DNA of 64,000 nt from Trichoplax adhaerens (taxonomy: Eukaryota; Animalia; Placozoa): assembly GCF_000150275.1 (NCBI RefSeq), contig NW_002060984.1:83185-147184 (forward strand), in the 5' to 3' direction. Of the stretch, positions 13,394 through 26,706 are shown piece by piece. Within the stretch, counting starts at the first letter, position 1. Every line of letters starts with the position of its first letter. A program made the translations under genes and the position numbers. A model generated the notes under the pieces. That model was given only the letters and a program-made list of their open reading frames with translations. It made no database searches and had not been told where the DNA came from.

Positions 13394-15807
13394 ATGTCTT
13401 CCGCCAAACTATCGATACTTTCTTTGCTTTGCCTTTATGCTACGATAACAGCTGCAATCAATAACAGACCCATCATAGGTACCATTCTTTTTCTTTGCCT
13501 TGGATAAGTGACGATGTTTCAATGACAGTCTATGTGTTTGATATGGATCATAATCGCATCAACGGTTTCATGTAGGTGTTGCAGCTCAAGCAACATGGGG
13601 CCATTCTGCAGCTCATGGCAAATCATACATCGCTGCCGATTATGTCAAATTTATCGAAGCAGCCGGTGGACGTGTCGTTCCAATACCGTATCTTAAAGGC
13701 TATGTTAGATTGAAAGGCAACTCATGTTGCTAATAGATTTGTAATGATCGTTTTACTGCATAGGCATGGATGTCCTTGTAGCAACTTGGATATTCAATTT
13801 GTAGTGTACTGTAGAAAACATCTTTACCAATGGATGACAACATAATAACAACATGATAGACGTAGTGCATAGTAAGCTAATAAAAATCAATTTGCTCCTT
13901 GACTTCTATCACTTTAAACAGAAACAATGCAACGGATGAATACGTCACCAAAATGTTCCACTACATCAACGGGTACATCAACCTTTTCTTCATGAAATCG
14001 AACTAATGATATCGAAATGGGACTGTTGCTACTAAATATTGCTAAACATCAGCATTTCTAAATAGATAAGACAAAAGATGCAATGAGCCAGTAAAATTAG
14101 TTATTGTCCAATTCTTATAGCTAATAGTTAATACAATCATTTATTTTGACTTAGGTTTCTATTGCCTGGAGGAGCTACTTCTGTTTATCGTTCTGGCTAC
14201 GAAAGAACAGCCAAAATCATGCTAAATTTAGCGATGCAGGTACGGTGTAATTGTTGCTCGTAATTATTGATAGGATTGCGATCAATAACAAGTAGCTATA
14301 TGAATGGGTACAATATTTGCATTGATATATCCAGTATTTACGAACCGATGCGAGTATGATTTTACATTATACCGTAAGCAGACGATAATACTGCTAGTCT
14401 ACCATATTATACCGATACAAGATTATGTATTAAAATCGTGTCCAACATGGTCTTCGATGAAAGATAAAATAATACTGTATAATCGGTTACATAAACTTTA
14501 TCATAGTATTATTACCTTATTATCTAGTCTTCAAGATACTATTAATTGTAAAGAATTTACGTTTGATTGCTTATCTGGCTTCCCTTCTCATTCATATTGT
14601 AGGCCTATGAAAATGGGGATTACTTTCCTATTTGGGGAACTTGCCTCGGCTTTGAACAGTTAGCAGTTTTAGTAGCTGGAAATCATGCTCTCACTAACTG
14701 TTCGGCCTGGGATGTTAGCTTGCCATTAGAATTAAACCAAGGTACAATGCTTGGTTTGATCAGATTAAACATACCTGACTTACCAACACTTTAGTAAATC
14801 GATAACATTAATTACTACTCATGCCGCTACTCATGAGCATAAACTTAAAATTAGAATCTGTATATAGCGACGTGACACTATCTGTAATACGTTTCTACAC
14901 GTTTACGAGCAATCTTTTCCATATGTTGAAAGTTTGTATTCCTTCGCGTAGATTTTCGAGATAGTCGAATGTTTCATAAGGCGCCGGAAGAAATTATTAA
15001 TATTCTAAAATCACAAAGTGTGACTGCTAATTATCATCATGAATGTGTATCATGGAAGGTGATGACTTGGATATCTTTCTATTATTTCCATTCTAAAATT
15101 TAAGGCCGTAAAGTTTATACTAAAATCGATATCTAAACATTTTCCGCTAATTACCAAAACAGGCAAATGGGACAATTGTCATGAAATTATAACAAAACCT
15201 AATTTTGCTTACTGTACTTTTCCACTGTAATATTATAGAACTGGTTCAGTTCTAATGGTGAACACTTACAGAATATGTTTAAGGTCCTATCCAGTAATTC
15301 TGATGTCAAAGGTCTAAAGTTCATTTCTACCATAGAAGGTAAATGTACTGTATGCTGCCTTGTTAAAAGAATATGCGTCACTAACATTTGCATTTCTATT
15401 CACAAACTGATCTATAGGCAAGACACATCCAATATTTGCCACGCAATGGCATCCAGAAAAAAATATGTTCGCCTGGAGACCAAACTTGCACGTAGCTCAT
15501 TCTGAAGATGCTATAAAGATAAGTCAGTACATGGCGAATTTTTTTGTAGGAGAAGGTAAGGGTATATCACTAGCTATTTCAGAAGCAAATACTATAGTAG
15601 TTATAGCAGATATTTTCTACTTAAATTTAATTGACTTATTCTCTTTATTATGAACCTTTAATCGTATACTTTTATTTGATGAAAGCTCGGAAAAATATGC
15701 ACCATTTCCCAAGCCGAGAAGCGGAAATGCATGCCTTAATTTACAATTTTAATCCTGTATATTCTGGACTTCAAGGATCTGAATTTGAGCAGAAATATTA
15801 CTTTTAA
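13394..15807 (+). CDS. GGH: Gamma-glutamyl hydrolase (peptidase C26), multi-exon, with signal peptide
   Basis: [29 protein letters not shown] / ...[21 protein letters not shown] / ...INGFLLPGG / ...[15 protein letters not shown] (catalytic Cys) / ...ANYHHEC / ...FISTIE / ...ATQWHPEK (catalytic His) / ...ALIYNFNP...FEQKYYF*. Confidence 0.95.
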
Positions 15808-17050
15808 ATGCCGCAGATAATTATAATCTTTCGACATCCTTAGCGATCTTTGTGGATTTCTTCTGATAGTTTATCGCTACTGTTACGTGGCTTTAATGGC
15901 CTAGATAGCTATCATTCTACACTTCTATGAGACTAAGTACGTTGTATATTAGTACAATTTTTCTATCCTTTTTTTTGCTAGCCGTAAAGTATATTATCTG
16001 TAATGATGAAGCTGCAGTATACGAGTACATGTTACTCTAAAATAAAATAAAAATATGTAATTTTACGTAGTAAGAGCGAATCCTCTTTCTGTGTTTCACA
16101 CCAGATATTCATATTGCGTTTCGATCAAATTTATTGTGTAGCAGTACTTAACTGGCTAATAGTGAGTGAAAGTATATTGTCTAGTATTCAAAAGTAGTGC
16201 AAAGGATCATAGAGGAGTTCGAATGCGATGAGATATAAATTACGCTTTTTCAAATTGTTACTGAGGTGTACAAATCAGTTAAATAAAAAATGAGTAGAAA
16301 GGAAGGTTCAACTACGGTACGATAGCACTATGAATTTCAACAATCCAGGTTATGAACCAATCACGTATCATTTGTGTAAAAGTACCTGCAGTAATAAAAT
16401 AAGTAAACACTGTTGCTGCTTTGTTGGTACAAGCTGCGATTATGCTTTGATCGCGCTTGTAATCCTGTCTTGTAATCCTGTTGATAAATTGAGTTGAACT
16501 AGTTGTATTCCTGAGCTAGCTCTACAATTTTCGTTTACTCAAGACGTACAAGATATGATCCAATAATTTTATTTAAAAGTGATTTTATTTGACAATGCCA
16601 ATTTTAAATCCGTGCGACTACAGTTAAAATTTTGAATACCATACCCTACTACCGCATTAAATTCAATTTCAGTATTTCATTGCATTTTATACTGTAGCTA
16701 TAATGCTTCAATTGAAGAAAGGCAAAATTTAATAGTAAATGAAGATGAAATTAAGACAATCAATTTTAATGAAGATTATTAATTTCTATTAAATGCTAGA
16801 TTGACGAACAAAAAATTGTTAAAGTAGAGAAATGAAAGCATAAATATTAAACCAGAAGCACGAAAAATGGAATAAAAAACAGTGAACCAAAAAATCAATA
16901 AATGAATCAGATAAAAGTAACCCTTGCCAACTGAGTACATCATATTCCAGCACCCTTACTCAAGTTGGAACAAGCAATCATGCGATTGAGAATTATTAAA
17001 AGTACTTAAGAACAGATGATAGTAATCCAAGTTTCAGATAACATTACACG

Positions 17051-20000
17051 TTAAATGACCTCAGTTAATTTTTTATCGTCTTTTTCATTTTTCGATTTTT
17101 TCCTTTTGGCGTTATAAAGTTTGCGAATTGAAACAACCCTAAAGGAGTCTCCGTGACGACCATCCCTACGCAGATCAAAGTTTGCAATTGATATTAATTT
17201 TTTTCTATTGATTTCTATTGATTTCTTGTTAGTAGAAGAAAAGCAAAGTGTACTCTAATTCTTAAAATTAAGATTGCTCAGGCTGTTTTTAAAATATAAG
17301 CGACAATGAGATGAATATTATATCTAGACTTTACCTTAGCCTACTTTGATGCCGTTGATAGAAAAAATAACCCACGATTAAGGATATAATTATAACACTC
17401 GCACCGGCAGCCACGGCTGCACCAAGAATTGTATCTGCAATGAATATAATCAATTCAATTTAATATCACCAAGATTCGTAAAAGCGCTATAACTAGTAAA
17501 TTTACTTAATGGGAGAGCTGCACCGGAACAGTATGGATCTATTTCAGGGGGTGGGCACCTAAGTAAAGAAGTAAAAAGAAAAAATACTTTACAGTTTGTA
17601 AACGGCTGTCATTCCTTCAAATTTGGTATTTTAGAAAGTGTATTACTGATAAATGCTTCCTTACTTGCAATATTCCCTAAAGTCAGGTCCTATTACACAA
17701 AATCCACCTTTTGAACAAGTCATTCTACACACTATAACAGATAATAGTCAGATAAGCGCTAAATTGATCGAATCGTAATCAAATTATGATCATACAGAAA
17801 AATTAAGTGTATTTATCAACTATATTTTGTAGTAATGGATTTTTAATATACAGGTTGATTACAAAATGTAAGAAAATCTACTTACTGCTGCAGTTATGCG
17901 GATAGAAGCTACTATTACTTGTTGCTTTATCACATTGGCACCTATAAGAACCCATTGTGTTGATACATAGTTGATGCGGGAAATTACATGGTGAAAACGA
18001 TTGCTGGCACTCGTTAATATCTAATTTTTTTTGCATGAAAATTCGATTTGGAACATACAATTTAAGTTTTAGATTTCATTTGATGTAAACTTGTTTTAGT
18101 GCCATAAATATTACACTACGGTTGTTTGACATATCGCTTAACATCATTTTTATTTAATATACAGTTCTATTTACAATGCATGAACATTTGCACAACCAGA
18201 AATACAGTAGATCTGAACTTAGAATTATAAAATAGAATTATTTACTGTAAGTACATAAAAATTATTACAGTAAGGTGAAGAAAATTCTTAATTTAACCTA
18301 ACTAGTGAATCTATACAAGTATTCATCTAGATATTTGGTTGATACATAAGATATATGCTAGATCGTTTTATAACTGATAAGGTTACTACCGAAGCACTTA
18401 ATCGTAACAAAACATATACAGTACGCACCAACTTCGTTACTTAAAATACTTGAGAAATCGTAAGAAGTTTTAAACTATCATTACCGTAAGCAGAAGATAT
18501 TGTAATAAGGCGGAATAAATTATTAATTTTTTTAATTAATATAAGAAGCGACATAAAGTAATCTCAGCACTAGAATATATCAGTATTTGGAGCACGGGCA
18601 TCTTTGAGTAATGCCTACTCAGAATTACTCAATTATAAATTGTATTTGCTTACTCAAAAGACATATACAAAATTATGTTATTCTGCTCGAAATTTAACAA
18701 TGCATGATTGCATGAGAAACAGACATTGCTATATTTTTCAAATTAAATATTTCAGAAAGTCCTGAACTACCTTATACCGTAGCTATTAAAATCATGTGAG
18801 CGTAATAACATATCGAAGCAGCCAATTTAATATTAGAAACTGGCACTGATTCGATTTACTAAAAGGCTCAGAAAATGGTTCAATAGTGCCTATGATTATG
18901 GTAGGCTATCACATAGTCAGAAAACAGTTAATTGCCTTTGAATAGTACCATACTGATTTCTTTACATAGAAGCATTTAAAAGTGCAAGATCTAAACATGC
19001 AAAGTAGGAAAATGTATAAGATTATTTTAAAACTGAAATTTCATTTATTTTTTGGTATGCTGTCTTGAATAAAAAAGCTTAAGCATTCAAATGTATTACA
19101 TTGATCTTAGCATGAAGTGCAAAGATTAAAAGTAAAATTGATTTAATATTGGAAGTAGAATGGCTTAATAGCGCTTTGGCGGTAGGAAATAACTTAATAT
19201 CATACAAGTAGACTATTACCCTAGGAATATTGCTAAATAAGAGTGATTAATCTTAAAGTTCATGACAAAGTTGAACAATAAGTAAGCAGGAAGTTCACCT
19301 AACAGCCCTCTGTGTAAAAGATAAGCTAAAATACGTATTGTTTTTTCGTTCATTTTAAAATTACTGATCAAGCACCTGTAAACATCGTCATTCTATATGG
19401 TGATTATTACAACTTACCAAAGCATTTTCTTCCATCACCAACGAAACCTGGCCTGCATTCGCATGTGAAATAAGACGTACCGTTGTCTATTAATCTTAAA
19501 CACGTAGCATATGAACTACAATTGAGACCATCATTCTGGCAAAATTGCGGTAAAACTGGCTTCAAATCTTGATAGAAAGCGAATAATTAAGTTGAGTTAT
19601 TATGTAAAGTATGGGTTGCCTTAGAAATTAACAGGAGAATCGTGTTCATTAAACATAGCAAAGTTAATTCTAATTCGCATTATTTAACCCATGGATCAAA
19701 TTAATTACGTTATTTCATAAATATCATCGGTTGTATATTTAATTATATTATATAATACCAATAAATAATATTAGAAGTGGAGTATATTATTAATTTTATA
19801 CAGTGTGTTAAAATCTACATGATATGAAGGTACGTAGCAAAGCCGCAATTAATTTTTAAATGATAAATAAGAATTGATATAAGACGGATATTCTATAAAT
19901 ACCTTATACTGTAGCATCATAATTTTTTTTTAATTTACTAAATAATAAATAATCATCCACTTTTCTAGATAGGGGCTATAGCATAGATTTATATACGATA

Positions 20001-23000
20001 ATTATCGATGCTACGAATTATTGCTTTTTTCTATTGTTTAAAGGTTAACTAAATTAGATTATTTGATTTAAAAGACCGTGAAATCATATTATTCTTATTG
20101 GCTCTAACATATAACCTAAATGCAAAATGTTATTGATCACTAATTCTCTTTAATGCTATTACCTATATGTGGTATTAACAAAGCAAATTAATTAAGCGTA
20201 AGGTCTATTTAAGTTAATAGCTCGTGATCATATATATTTACTTCCGTGCATCAAATAATGCCAGTAACTTATTTCTACATAATGATGGAAAAATTGACAT
20301 AGGTACATTGGCTGAAATATTTTAAGGAAGGTACTAATATTAGCGTTATCAATAGTGTGAATAATATTAATCTAGTTATAATTGACACTACTTAGAATAA
20401 TAACCTTTAATATTTTTCATATTTTTTTGTTATCGAATATAACAGATAATTTCAATATGCATCTTAGGCAAAACATCCTTGATGCGGAATTAACTTGGGA
20501 AAATTTAATAATGCAATTTCATTAAAACAACAACGATCAATAGCAGCGATAGTGATTTATTCTTTTTCTTTATAATTATTTCAGGACTGGTTATCTTGAA
20601 TAGTCATATCCGTTGCTTTATTTTACTATTTTATTTGCCGCTGGTATAAATTTAGTGTTTCAATGTAGATTATCAATCAATTTGAATGCTGCTTTATGTA
20701 ATTAAGGTAAACCATAGACATTAGAGTATAATTACTAACCTTGTCCATTTACATAGCCATAGATGATAATCTAACAAAAACAAAATATTGAAAATGTTAG
20801 CAATAATTTAGTTTCATAGAATAGATATTAAATTTGGACATTCAGCAATTAATATTTGAAAATATTAATTTACAGTAATACTGATAATATGTACATCCAA
20901 TCAATAATCGAATAAATTAGATTAGTGACAAGATAGTAACGATCAAAAAAGCGGAGGAATTTTAAATATAGTCTCAGCTATACGTAGACGACAATACTCA
21001 AGCTTAAAAATTTTATAATTATCTTTCAATACAAATTTAAATGAAAAAGAGATAAATTCAACCGGATGATACATTAGAACAAAGAATTTGCTGCACTAGA
21101 TATGAACCAGATAGCTTAAATACGAAATAAGGTAGTTGATACGGTTCATAGATTGTTGATTTTGTTGAATAAGACAAAAATTATAAAGGTAGAATCTGGT
21201 ATTGACTATAGTATAGTAATTATAATTGATGCTTTAGGACATTTCCGTGGTCTTAGATACCTTGCTATTATAAGAATATCAATACGTTAGTAAAAGAGAA
21301 GAAAAATGGATCAGAATTTAACATGGTACGTGACTAATGTTCAATAATAGGAAAGAAATCAGTCATATCCTTAATTAAAAAGTATCAGTTATCTATAATC
21401 AGTTAGATTAAAGAAGGGAAAATAATTTAATTCATGAAGTATAAAATTAGCAAATAGGTGTATCATATTAAAAATACTTGTACGCCAAAATAAAGTGTAG
21501 ATGAGACTAACTATCCCATGGCAGTTAATGAATTTGGATTTACTAATAAAAAGCTACATCTTTACGTCTTTACTGAGATGAAATGAATAATACAATTCTT
21601 GCTTACTCTACAGAAAGTAATAAGGCGAATGTTTATTTACCTAAGTAACAAAGCCAATATCGTTAAACTGATTGGTATTAAACAAAAGAAAGCGTAATAA
21701 AGGATATTATTAAGGAACTTGTTTTAATATTAATGTGAGTATATCAGACTAAACTAGTTGCCTACTAGTTACAACAGTGAGGAAATCAATTGAATACTTT
21801 AAATCTTCCCTCAAAGAATTTTCTTGATGAAATAACAAAGTTAGCAATTTTTTGCCTTTGCTACCGAAATTATGATATTTCCAACAAAATATAATTAGAT
21901 TGTACTGCTTGAAATGTTTTACTATTAAAGCAATAAATGTGCTTTAGTCTAATCTTTGCCATATCATCGACGACAGTAACAGCAGACTATATCATAACAT
22001 AGGTAATTAAACCAAAATTTGGAGAAGCTTACTTCAATGCATGTTAATCAAGTAAATATATTAAAAATGTAATTACGTTAATATATTTCATACTTTGCTA
22101 TTATTTCGAATTGAGTAAACTAAAAACGCTATTTATTTCGGAAATATTTTAATAAATCCTACTTTAGATCCAACGTTGGGCTTTCTCCAATTTAAGCAAA
22201 ATCTGGCGATAGCACTAACCAGATTATGAATTGCTATTATGATTTAAATACTATATGGCCTATGAATAGAAATTACTTTAACAAATAGCTTATTTACATC
22301 ATTTTTGGTAAAGACTTATCGTGTCAATGCAGTTATGATCTCTGGCTAGATCAAATTAAAATGTAATAAATAGTCTAATGTAAATAATCTTAGCGCTTGG
22401 TAAGCGATTAGAAATGCTTTCAAACATGGAAAAGCGTATAAGCGAATAAGCAATATGTTAGGTTAATGTTAAGCTTGAGTCTGGAGATAAGGTACATAGA
22501 AAATATAACTATACAGTGCCTAATCTAACAGACATTCTTAATTTTTTGCTATGATTTGAATAAAATTTCGAATGAAGTTGAGAGGTATTGCAATTAATAT
22601 TTTACTAATCTATATTATTATCATTAATTAAATGATAGCTAGGGTAACAATCCAATATAATACATTTTAATTTATAGCATAATTTACGTCATAATGAGGA
22701 ATTTTAAAGATGAGCTATTTAGAAGTTTATCTATTTCGTAAAAATTTCTTACTTCCTAGCAGATTATAACTGTATGAAATCGTTATGGTTTATTTACGCT
22801 CGTTGTTGACTTCATAATAAGGCAAGGTTATCTTAGTGTTTGCTAAAATTTTAATGGAGTTAAAATGGCTCTAACTAATTTTACATTTAGCATATACAGT
22901 ATATTCCATTGGAATCAACTCCGGTGAGTACATAATCTCTAAATCATATCTACTGTCATGAAATTAGTACCCATAGCACTAATACTTTTTTCAGATAACT

Positions 23001-23463
23001 GGTTGTTGTACATCAAATTTATAAAATTAAATAGTTGCATAATGGTAAATTTTGGATTTGGAATTTGCGAGCATGATATAGCAAAATCTTCTAAATCTCT
23101 GAATTACGAATTTAAGCAACTTCGCCAGAATTTACTATAAAATATTACTGTTTTTTACGGTAATAGTAACGCAATAATAACTCAATACATTCGTTTTTGT
23201 TGTTCTACGTTGATATAGTAAATTAATTTAGCATCTTAAAACTGTATCACCATTCACGTTTCGGGCAATTAAAAATATTCAACTGCCATCTTAGCACATG
23301 TAAAGTATTAATTGCAGCTCTTCAAAGTCGATATATAAATTTTGAATCTTCATTCATAGTTATTAAATAATAAGTATGAAATACGATATGAATTTTATAC
23401 CTGAATGAAGAAAATGAAAATTATCGATTCGGTAATTCCATGAGCAAACCAAATTCTTCCCAT
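17051..23463 (-). CDS. EGF-TM paralog 1: signal peptide, EGF, cbEGF, split EGF, TM, basic tail (8 exons, complete)
   Basis: Exons in compatible phases: MGRIWFAHGITESIIFIFFIQ (23401-23463) / IIIYGYVNGQ (~20741-20771) / DLKPVLPQFCQNDGLNCSSYATCLRLIDNGTSYFTCECRPGFVGDGRKCF (~19418-19567) / DINECQQSFSPCNFPHQLCINTMGSYRCQCDKATSNSSFYPHNCS (~17884-18021) / CRMTCSKGGFCVIGPDFREYC (17665-17731) / KCPPPEIDPYCSGAALPL (~17506-17558) / NTILGAAVAAGASVIIISLIVGYFFYQRHQSRL (~17335-17434) / RVVSIRKLYNAKRKKSKNEKDDKKLTEVI* (17051-17139). Confidence 0.88.
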
Positions 23464-26400
23464 GATTGCTACAAGCAGACTAAAATTCCTGAAGTTTAGG
23501 CAAAATTTCAAGATAAATGTTGATCGATTTTAGCTTCTAGCCTGTTACGGAAATGAAAGCAAATTCAGCTTGGCAGCCAAAAATTTTACGTATTTATATT
23601 TTATTTTGTCGTGAAACAATTGAGATTTCAACTTGAAATGGGCATAAAATGCTATATTGCATAAGAAAAATTAAAAATCTATCGTTAATTGTGAAGATTG
23701 TGGAAAGAATAGAGAGACAGAGAAAATTGTTTTCTTATTTTAGAATTCCAGCATTATATATATATGTAGTATTAGTAAATATCAGATGGTGATATTCCTA
23801 TTGATGGTATATTACTATTATTATCTGAATACTATAGTGTTTGATTTTATCTAAAGCTGCAAACAGATTATAGACCAATAACCATCATAAATGATTAATA
23901 CAATTATTTAATTGAATCTAGACATAACATCCTCTACTTATTGTTGGCACTAATCAGCATTCCGGATAATTTATCTATCAAAAGAAAAAGAATTGGATGA
24001 AGATATGGAAGAATAAAAACGATGTAACAATGAATGCAACCCTTTTTAACTGAACTAAAATTATTTCTCAAACCGATGTACAATTTAATAACTCGGCTGA
24101 AAGGATACTTAATTTATGTTGTAAATTATTGTCCAGTACTTAATATGAACAGTAACTTGTATTTCATGGAAGTAAAATATCTGTAAATATGAGAAAAAAT
24201 TAGTTTTAACATATTATAAAATAAATGGAAAAGGTGATTCTTATTGAATGATAAATATTCAATTGTTAGAAAATAATTCAGCACAAGTAGTGATATTATA
24301 AGATATCCATTGAATTATCAAAAGGCATCTAACAAATTTTCTTCATATTGATTACCAATCACTCAAGGGCGAAATCAAACAATTTCCGGATGTATCAGGT
24401 CTTTACATTGGCAATACAATTCCATCGTTAAGAACAGCTACTTTATAATTCCATATGGCACAGAAAGTACTTCTTCCGTTAAATTATATTAAATCTACTG
24501 ACATATTATATACGAACACTGCAGTCATACAGAATCATTAAATCTTTTTTAGTCTGACTATAATGCAAGTAAAATTAAAAAAACACTAAAGGTATAGCTT
24601 AGTTTTGCTTACTACTGTAAGGATTAAATCAAATCTTAATTTAAGAATTATACATGCGGTAAAGCGATTGATGCAAAGTTTTTATCGAAGCCAGTGTTAA
24701 GTATACACTATATTGTAGAAGTCTTTATCTGATACAATTATCATGCTGCTAGCTAGAATGGGAAACGAAGAGTCTAAAACTAAAAGTTCTGCAGACTTGC
24801 TATTCTCGGCAGTTGTTGAATAACAATGTATCACTGATCTCGCCAAATTGAATACACACCTGTATTCAAATTGTATACAATTCCAATGTTATTGTATTAG
24901 CCAAAATATCTATCTTTAACTTGACTACGCAAACAAAATTATCACTGCATAGACAGTATTATAGAAATACTGCATTTCTGTATAAATATATATGAAAATA
25001 TAGATATAACTAGCTTAAACCGCACGCCATACCGTGCCATGAGATTACTGTCTAGTTGATATTCTACTCAATACATACGATAGGTATTTTTTGTTACTCA
25101 GTCTTGTAGAAACAAATTTCTAGTCACACTATTTATTGAAACTATATAATGACCGCCATACAAAAGTTATTTCAAAACATGTATGTAAAATACCCAATAC
25201 AAAATATAATTACTATAAGATGTTATTTTACTTCACATCATGATCAGCTCCACTAACTAAAACGAGGCTATGCTTTGTGATATCGGCATTTAGTTATATT
25301 TTTTGTATTTGTGTAATATACTGTATATTATGTCAAATAGTCATTTCCTAACTGTTAGAAATTTTCCAAGGATGTTGACAATATAGGTTGGTTGAATTAA
25401 TAAACTATAACCTATTAATCGTATTGTTCAGTAGTAATAATAAATACGTATAAAATTTCATAAATGCATTAAATTGAAACGAGAAATACTTAAGCTTTAA
25501 TCTAGCAGTAATGGAATTAGAAAAATAAATTTGATAGATAATTATAGCAGGATGCTAATTAGCGAAGTTCTTTAAGTTAAAGCCTCAAATTAAATTAGAA
25601 GAGTCATCGTTAATCCTAAATTTAATGCCAGTCATGTAATTAAATGACATTGATAAGTGTAAAGAGAATAATTTGTTTGTCTGCATGTTTCCATGTTATG
25701 ACTAATGCTACCATAAATTACAGATAACAGGCTAGATTCCCTAAATATATTTTGCATAAAAACTATTTATTTCATCAGTAAAATGAGCCAGCTAAGAATA
25801 TTGCCTAAAAGCATAAATATAGTAAACCAAAGCCATGCAATATTATTTGATATATGACCATATTCATATTATTATATTGATCATGATAGATGTGTTTTTT
25901 TATGTGTCTGTGAATATTTAAATGAAAATTCGGCATTTGAAATTCTCATACTAGCCAATATCGACCAGTCTAATAAATTTTGGATAGCTTTTAGGAATAA
26001 AATCTGGCGTACCTTAAATTTATTGCTACGAATCAGTCGGAAGCCATTCGTATATTTATAATTTATTAGCATCTATTTTTTTAATGGATATAGGAGCAAT
26101 TAATAAACCTTTAGGTAAGATTGATATCGCTTGCTAAAACTCTTGAAGGCATAGATGCGGAAGTTGATTATTTGTATTCATGTTGAGGAAACAATTCCGC
26201 TTTTTACCACTATTGTCTCCTGTTCATTTATGTTTTTAGCTGATATTATTTATGAAACTTAAAGATTCAATAGCGCTAGCATCAACAAATTCTTTTGATG
26301 TGCGCCATTTAAATTAGTAGAACAACAGAAGATATTAAAATTATAAAATATTTGGCTTTAGTCATTTCCATCCTCAACTTTTACAACTTGAAATTTGAGT

Positions 26401-26706
26401 TGCTAAAATAGAGCAAATTTCTAGCGTGTCATAAATAGTCAAGGCCGCATTATGGACTTTCAAATTAACAATTATTACGTCCGTTCGACGGAAAAGGTTT
26501 CCGATTTCTTCCCCTCATATAAGAACAGTTGAAAGTGGCTAAGATAAATCGAATAATCGGTTTAGTCCCTACGATCACAATTCCTTACAGATTATACAAA
26601 TTACGTTAAAGTACTCCTCTACTTAAAAGTCATCAATCACGTTAGTACATTGCTTAACAACAGCACTTAATACGGCCCTCAGCTACGGCATTATATAATT
26701 CATAGT

